Shown piece by piece: positions 27,789 to 38,500 of a stretch of DNA of 64,000 nucleotides (its first letter is position 1; the number at the start of each line of letters is the position of its first letter). The notes under the pieces are model-generated. The model had not been told where the DNA came from. It was given only the letters and a program-made list of their open reading frames with translations, and did no database searches. The DNA is taken from positions 2,336,001-2,400,000 of the forward strand of contig OY781089.1 in NCBI GenBank assembly GCA_963676565.1, written 5' to 3'. The position numbers and the translations under genes are program-made. This DNA is from Halarcobacter sp. GTDB taxonomy: Bacteria > Campylobacterota > Campylobacteria > Campylobacterales > Arcobacteraceae.

Positions 27789-30700
27789 TCATCCATAGCA
27801 TTTTGTGCATCTATAAGACTTAGCTCAACATGATTTGAGCTTTCTCTTGTTCCCATATATATTCTAGGATATGCATCAATAATATCGTCATCATTTGCAG
27901 CAGTTCCATTGATAAATACAAAATCCAATAATTTTGCATAATTCATAAGTTCAGTAAAGTAATCTGCAGATATCTGACCAATTTCATCAATAATACAATG
28001 ATATTTTATGTTCTCGCTATTGGCAAATTTCTTTGTAACCATACGTAATAATGTTATATAAATAATTGCTTTTACCATTATTGATGTTCCGTTACTACCT
28101 ATATTATCTAATGTTGCAATACCTTTTGTAACCTGGTTGTTTTCACTTACATCAAAAGTTAATGTACTTATATCTGAAACAGTAATATTCTTTTTAAATG
28201 TTCTTTCTAATATTACTTGAAGATCTTGAGCTATTTTTACTAATTCATCTTTTACTGATTCTGATCTTTCGCTATTTTCATAGCCAATAAGCATATTTGC
28301 ACTTAACATATCACCTATGTTTTCAATTCTACTGACAATTTCATCATTACCTATATTTCTGAAATTTAACTTGATAAAATCAATCACTGTAATATTTGTA
28401 ATACCATCATTAATAGTTGAATTAATTTTATTTACATCTTTTACAATACTATCAAATGTGCCTTTGATATGGGATATTCTACTAACAGCATCATTTATAG
28501 TTTCAATTAGAATATGTAACTGTAAGCTTGTTCCTTCAATATCAAATTTTGTTTTGATAAAATCTGAGTATGATTTTGCAATTACAATATACTGTTCGAT
28601 ATTATCATCGAAACTATTTATATCAGATTTTGATTTGAGCTTCATCATATTATCACTAGGAATATCATCAACAATTCTTCTAGTATCAAGTTTAATTGTT
28701 TTTTCTTTTTCATCTTGTTGTATTTCAAGAGTTTTGTATCTCTCTAAAAGAGTAATATTTTGTTTAGAGTTCAAGAGAGATACAACCTCTTTTTCGATAT
28801 AAGAATCATAGTTTATATTAGTAGTTATTTCAAATTGAGATAATGCATTTTTAAAATCTTTAAATGATCTGGCATGAGATTTCCAAATATTTATAGAATC
28901 CTCTAATTGCTTTAACACACCACCAATAACTTTTAATTCTTTTTCATAATAATCTTTTTCTTCAGTTCTTTGTTTATCTGTTTGCACTAACTGATCTTTT
29001 AATAAAGGGATTTGATTATAATTAGGTAATACTTCATCATCATATCTTTTAACTAAACCTTTATTATCTTGTATCTCTTTTATAGTTTTTGTTAATTGTT
29101 TAATTGTCTTATTATAAGAATCAAGTTCATCAGTATCAATATTCTGACTTCTTTTAATTTCATTATATATTTCATGTATCTTTTTATCTGACTCGTTGAC
29201 AAGGTTTTCATATTTTTTATTTATCGATTTAATGCTATTTTTACACAAAGAAAATTGAGCATTTAAATCCTTTTCTTTCCCCTCATATTTTGCATTTATC
29301 TCTTGAATAAAAGTATCTTTTTTTCTTTTCTTAGTAGAGATATATTCTATTAAAGTAGTTAAGCTTTCTCTGTCTTTTAAAAGTTGTTTCTTTGTTTCAA
29401 TTATTCTTTTATCATTTTCATCTTTTAAACGTGCTATCTCTTCATCTAATCTTCTTTGCTCATTTGCTATTTTTATCTCATAATCTTTAATTTTAGGACT
29501 TAAGTCATAAATTTCTCTTGACTTTTCTTTTATTGATTTTTTAAATTTATTAGATGAAGATTTTAGATTATCTTCAAGTCTTTTATATCTTATCTTATGA
29601 TTTGACACTAACTCATTTAGTTGTTTTTGAAGTGCTGTTTTATTATTCTCAAGGGTTTCTATATCATATTTACTTGCCATTGTTTCAATATCACCGTCAA
29701 TCACTAAACCATAAAAATTATCATTGCTAGTTTCAAGCGAAAACTTAAAGTTTTTTTCTTCAAATAAAATTTCATCATTTGCTATAGCTAAAATCTTTCT
29801 TTTATTTGGAACTTCATTTTTATTTAGAAAACCAAAAAGGTTGTTTTTTCCAATGTCTAATTTTTTATTAACTAACTCTATTTTCTCTTTTAGCTTACTT
29901 TTCTTATTGTTATATTGGCTAACTTCATCTTGAATTTTTTTATTAAGCTCTTCAAAACTAGCATCCCTTTGTTTTTCAAGTTCTAACTTTTCACTCTCTA
30001 ATACTTCTATACTTGATTCAATCGAACCTTTTAAAGTTATTAATCTATTAATCTCTTTTTCAAATTTAATAGAAGCATTACTCTCTAACTTTTGAGATGG
30101 TAATAATCTTAAAGTAGTCTCATCTTCTGATATTTTTTTATCTAATTGGTTATACTTAGTTGTTTTTAGTTCTATTTCTTCGTCAAATGCATTTATACTA
30201 TTTTTAAGCTCAACCTCTTTGTCCTTTGATAATTGTAGTATTTCTTCTGCAAGTTGTTCTTTTTTTTCTTCTAGTTGTATTTTTTCTTCTTCTTTTTTAC
30301 TATTAAAAGAAATTCGTTCTTTTTGTTTTTCTGTTTCCTCTTTAATATCAAGTTCTTCAAGGCTACTAGAAATTGCAACTACTTTAATTTCTAGATTTTT
30401 TTTCTGCTCTTCATATTTATTTTGTTTACTATCTTCTTCTATTAATCTTTCAATTTTATATTCATCAATAAATTTATTGTATGTAGTTTCATTACTTTTG
30501 ATAGTTTTATTAAGTTCTGCAATTTGATCGTTGTAATTAGTAGACTTTTTATCCCATTCATTCGACAACTTTTCACTTTTTTCAGTCTCTATCTTCTCTT
30601 GAGCATATAAATCTAGCTGTTTTGTTTCTATTACTTCACTTATTATATCTTTATTATAAGACATTGTTTCAAGTTCAAAAACAGTTTTATCTATTTCACT

Positions 30701-31489
30701 ACATAATGCTCTATAAGAAACAATAGTTTCATCAAGTTCTAATATTTTTTCTCTTCTGTCTTTTATTAATTCAAAATGTTCTACATTTTTCAAGGCTTCA
30801 TCTAACTTATGTTTAAAACTTGATATATCTAAAGAATACTCTTTTTCTCCAATTAAAGAAATAAGCATATCTTTAATACCTCTATCTCTAACTGAAGAAT
30901 TTGAATATATATTAAATAAATATTTACCAAATAAACTTGCAGACTCTTCACTATCATATAGTGAAAAATCTAACTCAGATTTATCTTTACTTGGTAACAT
31001 TTTATAACTTTTTCTACACATCATTTTTCTAAAAGTAGGAACAGTTTCACTTTTGTAATATGTTAAACCATGTTTTAAACAATTTGACAAAATCTCTTTT
31101 AGATTTAAACTTCGATTGTTCTCATCGAGATATAAAATACTTATGTCTTCTTGAAAATTATGTATATTTATAAAAATATGTTTGATTGATTTTCCATCTT
31201 CTTTACTTAATAAAAGAAGATTCTTTCCTATCTTATTTTCATAAACATAAATCAAATGAGAGTAACTACCTTCAATATGCCAATCATAAAAAGTTTTCTC
31301 TTTTGGAATAGGTCTTGTTTTAAATTTATCCATTGTATAAAAGTAACATATAGCACTCATAACAGTTGTTTTACCTACACCAGAACTACCAAGTAGCAAA
31401 GTAAAATCATCAATGATTATTTTTTCATGAGGGAAGTGTCCACTATTTATAAATCTTAACTCTTTTAAGCCTAATTGATTATAACTCAT
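27782..31489 (-). CDS. jetC: Wadjet JetC/MksB-like SMC ATPase
   Basis: Walker A GSSGVGKTT, long coiled coil, GSNGT signature, Walker B IIDEIG; ATG at 31489 has a GAGG RBS. Confidence 0.8.
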   Translation of the reverse strand: MSYNQLGLKELRFINSGHFPHEKIIIDDFTLLLGSSGVGKTTVMSAICYFYTMDKFKTRPIPKEKTFYDWHIEGSYSHLIYVYENKIGKNLLLLSKEDGKSIKHIFINIHNFQEDISILYLDENNRSLNLKEILSNCLKHGLTYYKSETVPTFRKMMCRKSYKMLPSKDKSELDFSLYDSEESASLFGKYLFNIYSNSSVRDRGIKDMLISLIGEKEYSLDISSFKHKLDEALKNVEHFELIKDRREKILELDETIVSYRALCSEIDKTVFELETMSYNKDIISEVIETKQLDLYAQEKIETEKSEKLSNEWDKKSTNYNDQIAELNKTIKSNETTYNKFIDEYKIERLIEEDSKQNKYEEQKKNLEIKVVAISSSLEELDIKEETEKQKERISFNSKKEEEKIQLEEKKEQLAEEILQLSKDKEVELKNSINAFDEEIELKTTKYNQLDKKISEDETTLRLLPSQKLESNASIKFEKEINRLITLKGSIESSIEVLESEKLELEKQRDASFEELNKKIQDEVSQYNNKKSKLKEKIELVNKKLDIGKNNLFGFLNKNEVPNKRKILAIANDEILFEEKNFKFSLETSNDNFYGLVIDGDIETMASKYDIETLENNKTALQKQLNELVSNHKIRYKRLEDNLKSSSNKFKKSIKEKSREIYDLSPKIKDYEIKIANEQRRLDEEIARLKDENDKRIIETKKQLLKDRESLTTLIEYISTKKRKKDTFIQEINAKYEGKEKDLNAQFSLCKNSIKSINKKYENLVNESDKKIHEIYNEIKRSQNIDTDELDSYNKTIKQLTKTIKEIQDNKGLVKRYDDEVLPNYNQIPLLKDQLVQTDKQRTEEKDYYEKELKVIGGVLKQLEDSINIWKSHARSFKDFKNALSQFEITTNINYDSYIEKEVVSLLNSKQNITLLERYKTLEIQQDEKEKTIKLDTRRIVDDIPSDNMMKLKSKSDINSFDDNIEQYIVIAKSYSDFIKTKFDIEGTSLQLHILIETINDAVSRISHIKGTFDSIVKDVNKINSTINDGITNITVIDFIKLNFRNIGNDEIVSRIENIGDMLSANMLIGYENSERSESVKDELVKIAQDLQVILERTFKKNITVSDISTLTFDVSENNQVTKGIATLDNIGSNGTSIMVKAIIYITLLRMVTKKFANSENIKYHCIIDEIGQISADYFTELMNYAKLLDFVFINGTAANDDDIIDAYPRIYMGTRESSNHVELSLIDAQNAMDEW

Positions 31490-32045
31490 ATTCAACATCC
31501 TCAATAATATCTTCTACGAATTTAAATGATCTTAGTATTAAAAATTCTTCTTCCCTATTACCAATACTTTCAGCAAAACCATCATTTTTTAATCTTGTGA
31601 TGATTGAATCTATAGCTTCACGATTAGTTGACCTTTTCTTTAAAAAACTCATTTTATCAATCATTGCTTTTAATTCTATATCTCCATTTAACCTAGTTTC
31701 CATGTCACTTGCACTATACGGACCTGCATCTGATGAACCAATATCGCTATTTAACAATTTTAAAAATCTATATATATCAATATAGTCAACATAACCATTA
31801 GAATAAGGTTTGGGAATATTTTCATAAATATCAATAATAAAATAAAAAAAGCCTGTATCTGATCTTAATGTATATCCTATGATGCTATAATAATCTTTTA
31901 CATCTTGCTTGTATTGGTATATAAAATTGTATGCTTCTTTAATTTTATAATCTGAACTATTTTCATTAATGAATTTACCATTTACTCTACACTCTTCAAT
32001 CACCTGGAAAATATCTTTGTATTCTAGTAATTGCAATAAATCCAA
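31479..32045 (-). CDS. jetB: Wadjet JetB/MksE-like subunit
   Basis: 188 aa, NGKFI and DYYSIIGYTL...FFYF; positioned between kleisin-like and SMC genes. Confidence 0.65.
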   Translation of the reverse strand: MDLLQLLEYKDIFQVIEECRVNGKFINENSSDYKIKEAYNFIYQYKQDVKDYYSIIGYTLRSDTGFFYFIIDIYENIPKPYSNGYVDYIDIYRFLKLLNSDIGSSDAGPYSASDMETRLNGDIELKAMIDKMSFLKKRSTNREAIDSIITRLKNDGFAESIGNREEEFLILRSFKFVEDIIEDVEYEL

Positions 32046-32046
32046 T

Positions 32047-33225
32047 TTATCCCCTTTTTATAATATGAGGTAATCTAATACCTTTATGCTCTACAATATC
32101 GTCTTTAGATATTGATAAAAACTTGTTATACTGTAAAGTAAGCCTAATGAAAATTGATAAAAATTGCTTTTTATCTAAATCTTTCTGTTTCAAAAATGAT
32201 GCTAAATCTAAATCCTGCTTAATAAAGCTTTTATAAACTTTTTTTGTACTTAATATAACTTTTGTTTTTGAAACTTTTTTATCATTAGACTTTATTGGAT
32301 TAGGTCTTGCTTCATTCTTTTCATTTTTGTCTTCTTTGGATTTATATTGTTCTTTTGCAATACTCACTATTGATTCTATTAGTACTTCGTCATTCATATA
32401 TTGTGGTCTTACTTTTATTGGATCAGCTATGTTTTCTAACCTTGTTACAACCGACTCAATATTGCTCTTTTCAAATAATTCTCCATTTACTTTCATCTTA
32501 TACAAATGATTTAATTTTTCTATCTTTTTTGCTTCTTTTTCAATATGCATTAAATATTTTGATAATTCATTTAATGTTTTTCTAATATTCTCTCTTACAT
32601 CATGTATATAGTGAGCTAATTGATTAGTATGAAAAGAAATTGATTCATTACCTAGCTCATCTACAAAATATGACTTATACTCTATTAGAAATTTATCAGT
32701 ATTACTAACAGCTTCAGACAATGCTGTTAAATCAGCTTTACAATCATATAGATTAGCTTTTTTAACTTCAAAGTTTGTTTCTGCTTTAAACTTCATCTCT
32801 TTTTCATTAAGTGATTCAATTACTCTATAAATTATCTTTTTAATACTTCTCAATGTAGAGTTTATTCTTTTTATTTCATTTGAATAAAACTGATTATCTT
32901 TTCTTTTAATATTAATATCACGAATTAACTTCTTAATATTTTTTTGCTTTTCCTCAATATCTTTGATATTAACATCTGTATAAGTTTTTAAATGTGCGTT
33001 ATAATCATCACTAAGTAATAAAGAATAAGAATACTCATCATAGTCAAATACATTGAAATCAATAAGTTTTTCAATAACTAAAGATAAATCTTTATTTTTT
33101 TTAGCATCATAATACGGCATATTCTCGACATATTCAATGCTACCTTTAAAATGAGCATCAATAATTGCTTCTTTTGCTTCATTTTGTGCTTTAATAAATT
33201 CTTTAGGATTGATATTTGTTGTCAT
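32047..33225 (-). CDS. jetA: Wadjet JetA/MksF-like kleisin
   Basis: 392-aa helical protein, first of four coupled genes ending in SMC and Toprim. Confidence 0.6.
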   Translation of the reverse strand: MTTNINPKEFIKAQNEAKEAIIDAHFKGSIEYVENMPYYDAKKNKDLSLVIEKLIDFNVFDYDEYSYSLLLSDDYNAHLKTYTDVNIKDIEEKQKNIKKLIRDINIKRKDNQFYSNEIKRINSTLRSIKKIIYRVIESLNEKEMKFKAETNFEVKKANLYDCKADLTALSEAVSNTDKFLIEYKSYFVDELGNESISFHTNQLAHYIHDVRENIRKTLNELSKYLMHIEKEAKKIEKLNHLYKMKVNGELFEKSNIESVVTRLENIADPIKVRPQYMNDEVLIESIVSIAKEQYKSKEDKNEKNEARPNPIKSNDKKVSKTKVILSTKKVYKSFIKQDLDLASFLKQKDLDKKQFLSIFIRLTLQYNKFLSISKDDIVEHKGIRLPHIIKRG

Positions 33226-33627
33226 CTATACTCTTTATTCATATTTTGATAAAATCATATTACAAGTAAATAATAGATTTAGGTTACTCACTTTTTTTAT
33301 ATATTTTTCAATTCTCACTTTTTAATTCATCCAGTCTAATAACATAAAGCATATATCTTTGAATAGTAGGAATTAGTTCTAGCAAATTATCTTCATTTTT
33401 AATAATAATCTTTAAACTAAGGAAATTTGATACATTGAAAATCTCTATTTAAATTATTCCTTATTAATATAATTATTTTATATTATTTTAACTTATATTT
33501 TAATAACTATATTATATATCCTAACTATTATTTATCTATAAGAATTGTTAAATTTCAATACTTCAATAATGTCTATATTCAGAATTAAGAAATTTATAAC
33601 AATTTATTATTTCTTTATTCCATTCAA

Positions 33628-34503
33628 TTAAACTAAATAATCTTTTAACACGTTATTTAGCTTATCTTTTAAATATAACGGCTCAACAATCTTAATATAA
33701 GGTATCCAATATTTAACTACTTTTAGTATTTCATCATCATAGGATACTTTTGTAGAAATAATTAGATAATCATCATTTTGCTCGAGTGTTTTTTGATTTG
33801 AAAATATCTTTCTTCTCTCAAAATACTCTTTAGCTTCATTGTCTATTTGTAGAATTACTTCTATTTTATCAGTAAACCAGTTACTTTTATTTTTTTCAAG
33901 TTCTTCTAAAAACTCTTTTTTAGGTTTAAAACTTTTATTTTCATCTTTCCAGTTAAAGTTTTTAATCTTTGAAAAAGTAAACGTTTTCAACTTTTCATCT
34001 TCTTCTGCCAATAGATACCAGATACCATTATTATTGATAAGTTTATATGGATTTACAACTCTAATTATTTTATTAAATTCAAAACTAATAGGACTGTTTT
34101 TTACAATAGCTGCACTTATTTTTTCAAATTCATTTTGTTTATAACTTATATCTTCAAAACTATGATTTTTAATAAGATATGCTTTATTTAATTTTTCATT
34201 TAAAATATCTGCAATAAATCCATCTGTTAACTCAGGATAAAGTGATTTAATACCACATAATGTTGCAAAACTTTTTATATCTCTAAAACTTAATTTTCCT
34301 AGAGCATAACTTGCTAAACTATAATCATCACCATTTTTTTCAATTGGAATATAAGAGAATCGTTCATTAATATCTCTTTGAATAGTTCTTATACTTACTC
34401 CAAATTCTTTAGATAAGCTTTTAGTATTAAGTTTTTCACCATTGTTTAATTTTGTAAGAATTAAAGATAGTCTAGTAGCTAATTTATCATGTTCTGTAAC
34501 CAT
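33628..34503 (-). CDS. HTH-WYL-WCX transcriptional regulator
   Basis: LSKEFGVSIRTIQRDI HTH; VNPYKL...IWYL...KTFTFSKI WYL; EILKVVKYWIPYIKIVEP WCX. Confidence 0.92.
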   Translation of the reverse strand: MVTEHDKLATRLSLILTKLNNGEKLNTKSLSKEFGVSIRTIQRDINERFSYIPIEKNGDDYSLASYALGKLSFRDIKSFATLCGIKSLYPELTDGFIADILNEKLNKAYLIKNHSFEDISYKQNEFEKISAAIVKNSPISFEFNKIIRVVNPYKLINNNGIWYLLAEEDEKLKTFTFSKIKNFNWKDENKSFKPKKEFLEELEKNKSNWFTDKIEVILQIDNEAKEYFERRKIFSNQKTLEQNDDYLIISTKVSYDDEILKVVKYWIPYIKIVEPLYLKDKLNNVLKDYLV

Positions 34504-34523
34504 AAGTTAATACCAATTTTTGC

Positions 34524-34925
34524 TTATATTAATCCTTTAATTCTATCTATTAAAAAATTTTTGAATTTTTTTTCTAATTTGTTACATCGATTATAAGTAC
34601 ACTTATATACTTCGTCATCTTTATCTACACAGAAAAAAGATCCATCTCCAGACTCAAAAAAAACTATTAAATTATTTGGAAAATTTTCAATTATACTTCT
34701 ATGATATAATGTTGAATGTATAGCACTTGGTAAAACATTGTTATCTTTGAAAATTCCATAAAATTCTAAATATTCTACTTCTAATGTTCCAAATTCTAAA
34801 AGAAAACTTTTGTATTCATTTCCCAATTTAATATTTAATTTTCTTTCGAAATCATTAATATCTTTATCTATAACATGGTTAGTTAATTCAAAATCTAAAT
34901 TTAATTTTTTTATTTCACTATACAT
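34524..34925 (-). CDS. SMI1/KNR4 (SUKH) immunity protein
   Basis: INDFERKLNIKLGNEYKSFLLEFG, GDGSFFCVD. Confidence 0.85.
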   Translation of the reverse strand: MYSEIKKLNLDFELTNHVIDKDINDFERKLNIKLGNEYKSFLLEFGTLEVEYLEFYGIFKDNNVLPSAIHSTLYHRSIIENFPNNLIVFFESGDGSFFCVDKDDEVYKCTYNRCNKLEKKFKNFLIDRIKGLI

Positions 34926-35523
34926 TTAAATCCCTTTCTTTTTTCATTTCTTCTGCCCTTGCTTTCCAGTGATCACTTCTTTCTTTATCCCAATTAACTT
35001 CACTATTCTCATTATGTACTTCTGTTTTTTGCGTCTTATCATGAAGAGCAGAATCATTTTTTTTATGAACATTATCTTTTAATTCAGCTAAAGGTGAATC
35101 ACTTTTTTGTCCAATATGATGCAAGTTATATGGCTTACCATCTTCATCTAATGGAGCTAGTCCTTTTTCCATTCTTTCAAGGTTTGTTCTTCCTTTACTA
35201 TCTACTAAATCAGGATCAATATTAGTATCTTTTAAAGTTATTCTGTCGTTAACTTTACCTTCTTCTAAGCCTTCATTTTGATAAACATCCAATTCTTCTT
35301 CTGTTATTATGTAATCATTTATATCATCTGAATAATTAGTTTTTTCTTTTACTTTTTCATCCTCAGTTTCCTTGTCAACTTCACTTCTAACAATACCATG
35401 TGTAACAGTTTTTAAAAAATCTGGGACATTAGTAGATTCTTTTTTCTCTTTACCAAACTCAGGGGTATTATCTGATATTTTTTTAACACTTTCTTTTGCA
35501 ACTTCAACTATTTTTTCAATCAT
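34918..35523 (-). CDS. LHH (HNH/EndoVII-fold) nuclease toxin
   Basis: GRTNLERMEKGLAPLDEDGKPYNLHHIGQKSDSPLAEL...HWKARA; overlaps the SUKH gene by 8 bp. Confidence 0.88.
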   Translation of the reverse strand: MIEKIVEVAKESVKKISDNTPEFGKEKKESTNVPDFLKTVTHGIVRSEVDKETEDEKVKEKTNYSDDINDYIITEEELDVYQNEGLEEGKVNDRITLKDTNIDPDLVDSKGRTNLERMEKGLAPLDEDGKPYNLHHIGQKSDSPLAELKDNVHKKNDSALHDKTQKTEVHNENSEVNWDKERSDHWKARAEEMKKERDLNV

Positions 35524-35535
35524 CTATTAAATCTC

Positions 35536-38500
35536 CTAAAAGTGATTTCTATGCCAATTACCATAATGTTGTTCAAAACCACTTGTATCGCAAGATTCAC
35601 AATACATAATCATATCTTTTAGATGTAATTCTAGATATAAGTTATCATCAATATTTACATTTTTTTTAATCAAATTAGAAAAATTCAAATCATACTCTTC
35701 CATACTTTTCGCATTTTTAATTCTTGATAATATTTTACTTCCATCTAAAAGTTCATTTATAATCTTTGCTTTAGTTTTTTTATCAATACTTTTAGATGTT
35801 TTTTCATTATTAGTAATTTCAAGCAATTCATCTTTTATATTAGTTGAAATATTCATGGTATTAATATATTCTGTTAAATCTTTTAACTTTATATTATCAA
35901 CTCCTAATTCTAGTTTTTCATTAAGCTCTTCAAAAAGAAGTATTTTTAATAAACTACTCATTAAGTTGTTATGTGTATTTATAACATCTTTAAAAGAATA
36001 ATTAAGTGCTTTAAACTCTTTTTTATCAAAGACATCTATTTTACATAATACAGCTTCTAACCAGTTATTTTGATATACAATAGCTGTTCCTGTACTAAGT
36101 TTTGGAATTTCATTTATTTGCTCATCGTTTAAAGCAGCAGACCTACCAATATCATTTCTATCTGTATATTCAGGTAATCTCATTATTATTTTTGTTCCTG
36201 TATTCCTAATCGCTGAGATATCAAGCATATTTGGAGATTGGTCAACAATAATAAATCCTTCTCCATAAGTTCTCATTTCTGCTATTGCATTAGAAATCAT
36301 TTCAACTGATTTTCCTTGAAGGTTATTTCCTTCAGATGATTGTTCTGTTGATGTTCTTTTTAAAATATTATGTGCTTCTTCTAGTACAGTAACATGTTTG
36401 AGACTTGAGTCTAATGTTTCTTTGTTAGAATATCTGTATTCAATTAATCTTAATACAATCATTCCCATAAGAAGTGATTTTGTTTCCATAGAACCAACTC
36501 TACTTAAATCAACAATTACATTTGTATCAAATAGTTTATCATCACTAATAGGATCAATATTATTTAAAACTTGTCCTATTAGACCATTATTTAAAGATTT
36601 TACCCTAGTTAATAATGCACCTTTATAATTTGACTTCATCTCTTCTGAATAACTAGAGTCATCAATTATTTTTTCTAAAGTATTAAGTAGTATTTTAAAA
36701 GTAGGATATCTTTTTGTCTCATATATTGAATAAGATAAATCTGTATCCCATCCTACCTCTTCATAAGATTTGATAATTGCATCTTTTAACACTTCAGGCA
36801 TAGCTGCATACATAGGCCAACAAGCATTAAATATTTCTACAAGCCTATCAATATGCTCTAAAACATGAATTTCATCATGAAAACTAAAAGGGTTAAGTTT
36901 TAATACTTCTGAGTATTTTGAATTTGTTCCCAAAACTGTTACATCTTCTCTTCCCCCAAATACCTCTTTATATTCACCTTTAGCTGGTTCAACTACAAGA
37001 AATTTTACATTATTTTTATCTAATTGATTCAAAATACTATAAAGAGTATTCGATTTGCCTGCACCTGTTGATCCTGTAACTAAAGTGTGCATACTTAAAC
37101 TGTCAATGTCAAGTTTTATAGGAGTATTATGTTCTAAAGTTCCAAGATGTGTTAGTTTTCCAAGATTGATAGTCCTTTTTGAAGATGAGTTGTCTAAAAG
37201 ATGTAAACTTCTTCCAAACTCTACACTCTCTTCAACAGCTAAACCTTTTACAGATTTTCGTGGAAAACTCATTGCTAAAGAGAGTTCTTTACTACTAATT
37301 AAACTTGTTGGTTTAATTTCCATATCTATATTATTAAGACTAATTTTTGGATGCTCAAAATTTTTTAAATAAGGTATTAATTTAATAGATTCGCTTATAT
37401 TCCAACTGACAACAGACGATTTTTCTAAGGAAGACACTTCTCCTCTAGTAATAGACTTATATGTACTTGCTGCAATTTTTGCATCTTCATGACTGTCTGA
37501 AATAAAATATGCTGCAAAATCAAACATTCCATAATTTTCAGATTCAATAATTCTTTCAATCTGTTTATCTATTTTTTCTAAAATATTCTTTGCTGTTTTA
37601 TTTTCATAATTTATTTGATAAGTCTCTGATTGACCTGTCGTATTTGACTCTGAACTATTTGTACCTTTCATTGTACTTTCAGAAGTTCCTTTATTTAAAC
37701 TTTCACTATTGCTTTCAGATTTATTTTTAGAATAACTTGCAGAAGCTATTAAAACACTAAGGTTTCCAGATATACTTTCACCTTCTGAGATACTTGTTGT
37801 TTTACTAAGTGATTCAGTTACTGTATTTGTAAAGGATGAACTCATACCATCTGTTATAGTCATACTTTCATTCTTACCAAAACTTATTTGTTGTGAGCTA
37901 AAAGGAAGAAGAGATGAGTATATTTTTTCATATGCAGACCTTCTTTGTGTAATGGCAGAATCAGATACACTATCAGCTATAAATAAAGCTGTATATTTTT
38001 TACCATTCATTGCTTCAATAAATTTTTCTATACCTTGGGAAAATGATTCTTTATCATTACTTTTTAAAGAAGGAACTCCATTTGCCAAACTTACTGCTAT
38101 ATTATTTGAATTAAAAATTTTTTTGTTTACTAGCTCTTCAATTTCTGAGTTTAAAAACTTCTCTTCTATTTTACATCCTGGAAAATTTCCAGATAATGAA
38201 CCAAAATATCCATTTTCAAGTAACTTTAAATCCTTATTTTCTGACTTTTTTGTTCCTAGATAAATTTCTATTTCATTGCCATTAGAATAAATAATCATAA
38301 TAGCAGAACCACCCAGTGAATTTATTGTAGTATAAACACTTGTAAGCTTATCTTGAATATCTTCATTTTTATCAAAAACTATTTTTCTTACTTTTTTTAA
38401 TCTAACATTTTTTGCTGGCTGAATTTCTTTTATAGATGTTAAAATAGGATAATCTGATATGTTTTCAAGATATCTCTTTTCTATTACCTCTTCTACACTT

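Noticed and set aside
28317..30527. Plus-strand ORFs of 161, 69 and 102 aa (and similar ones opposite other long genes)
   Set aside because: Ser/Leu/Phe-rich antisense shadows of Lys/Glu-rich coding strands
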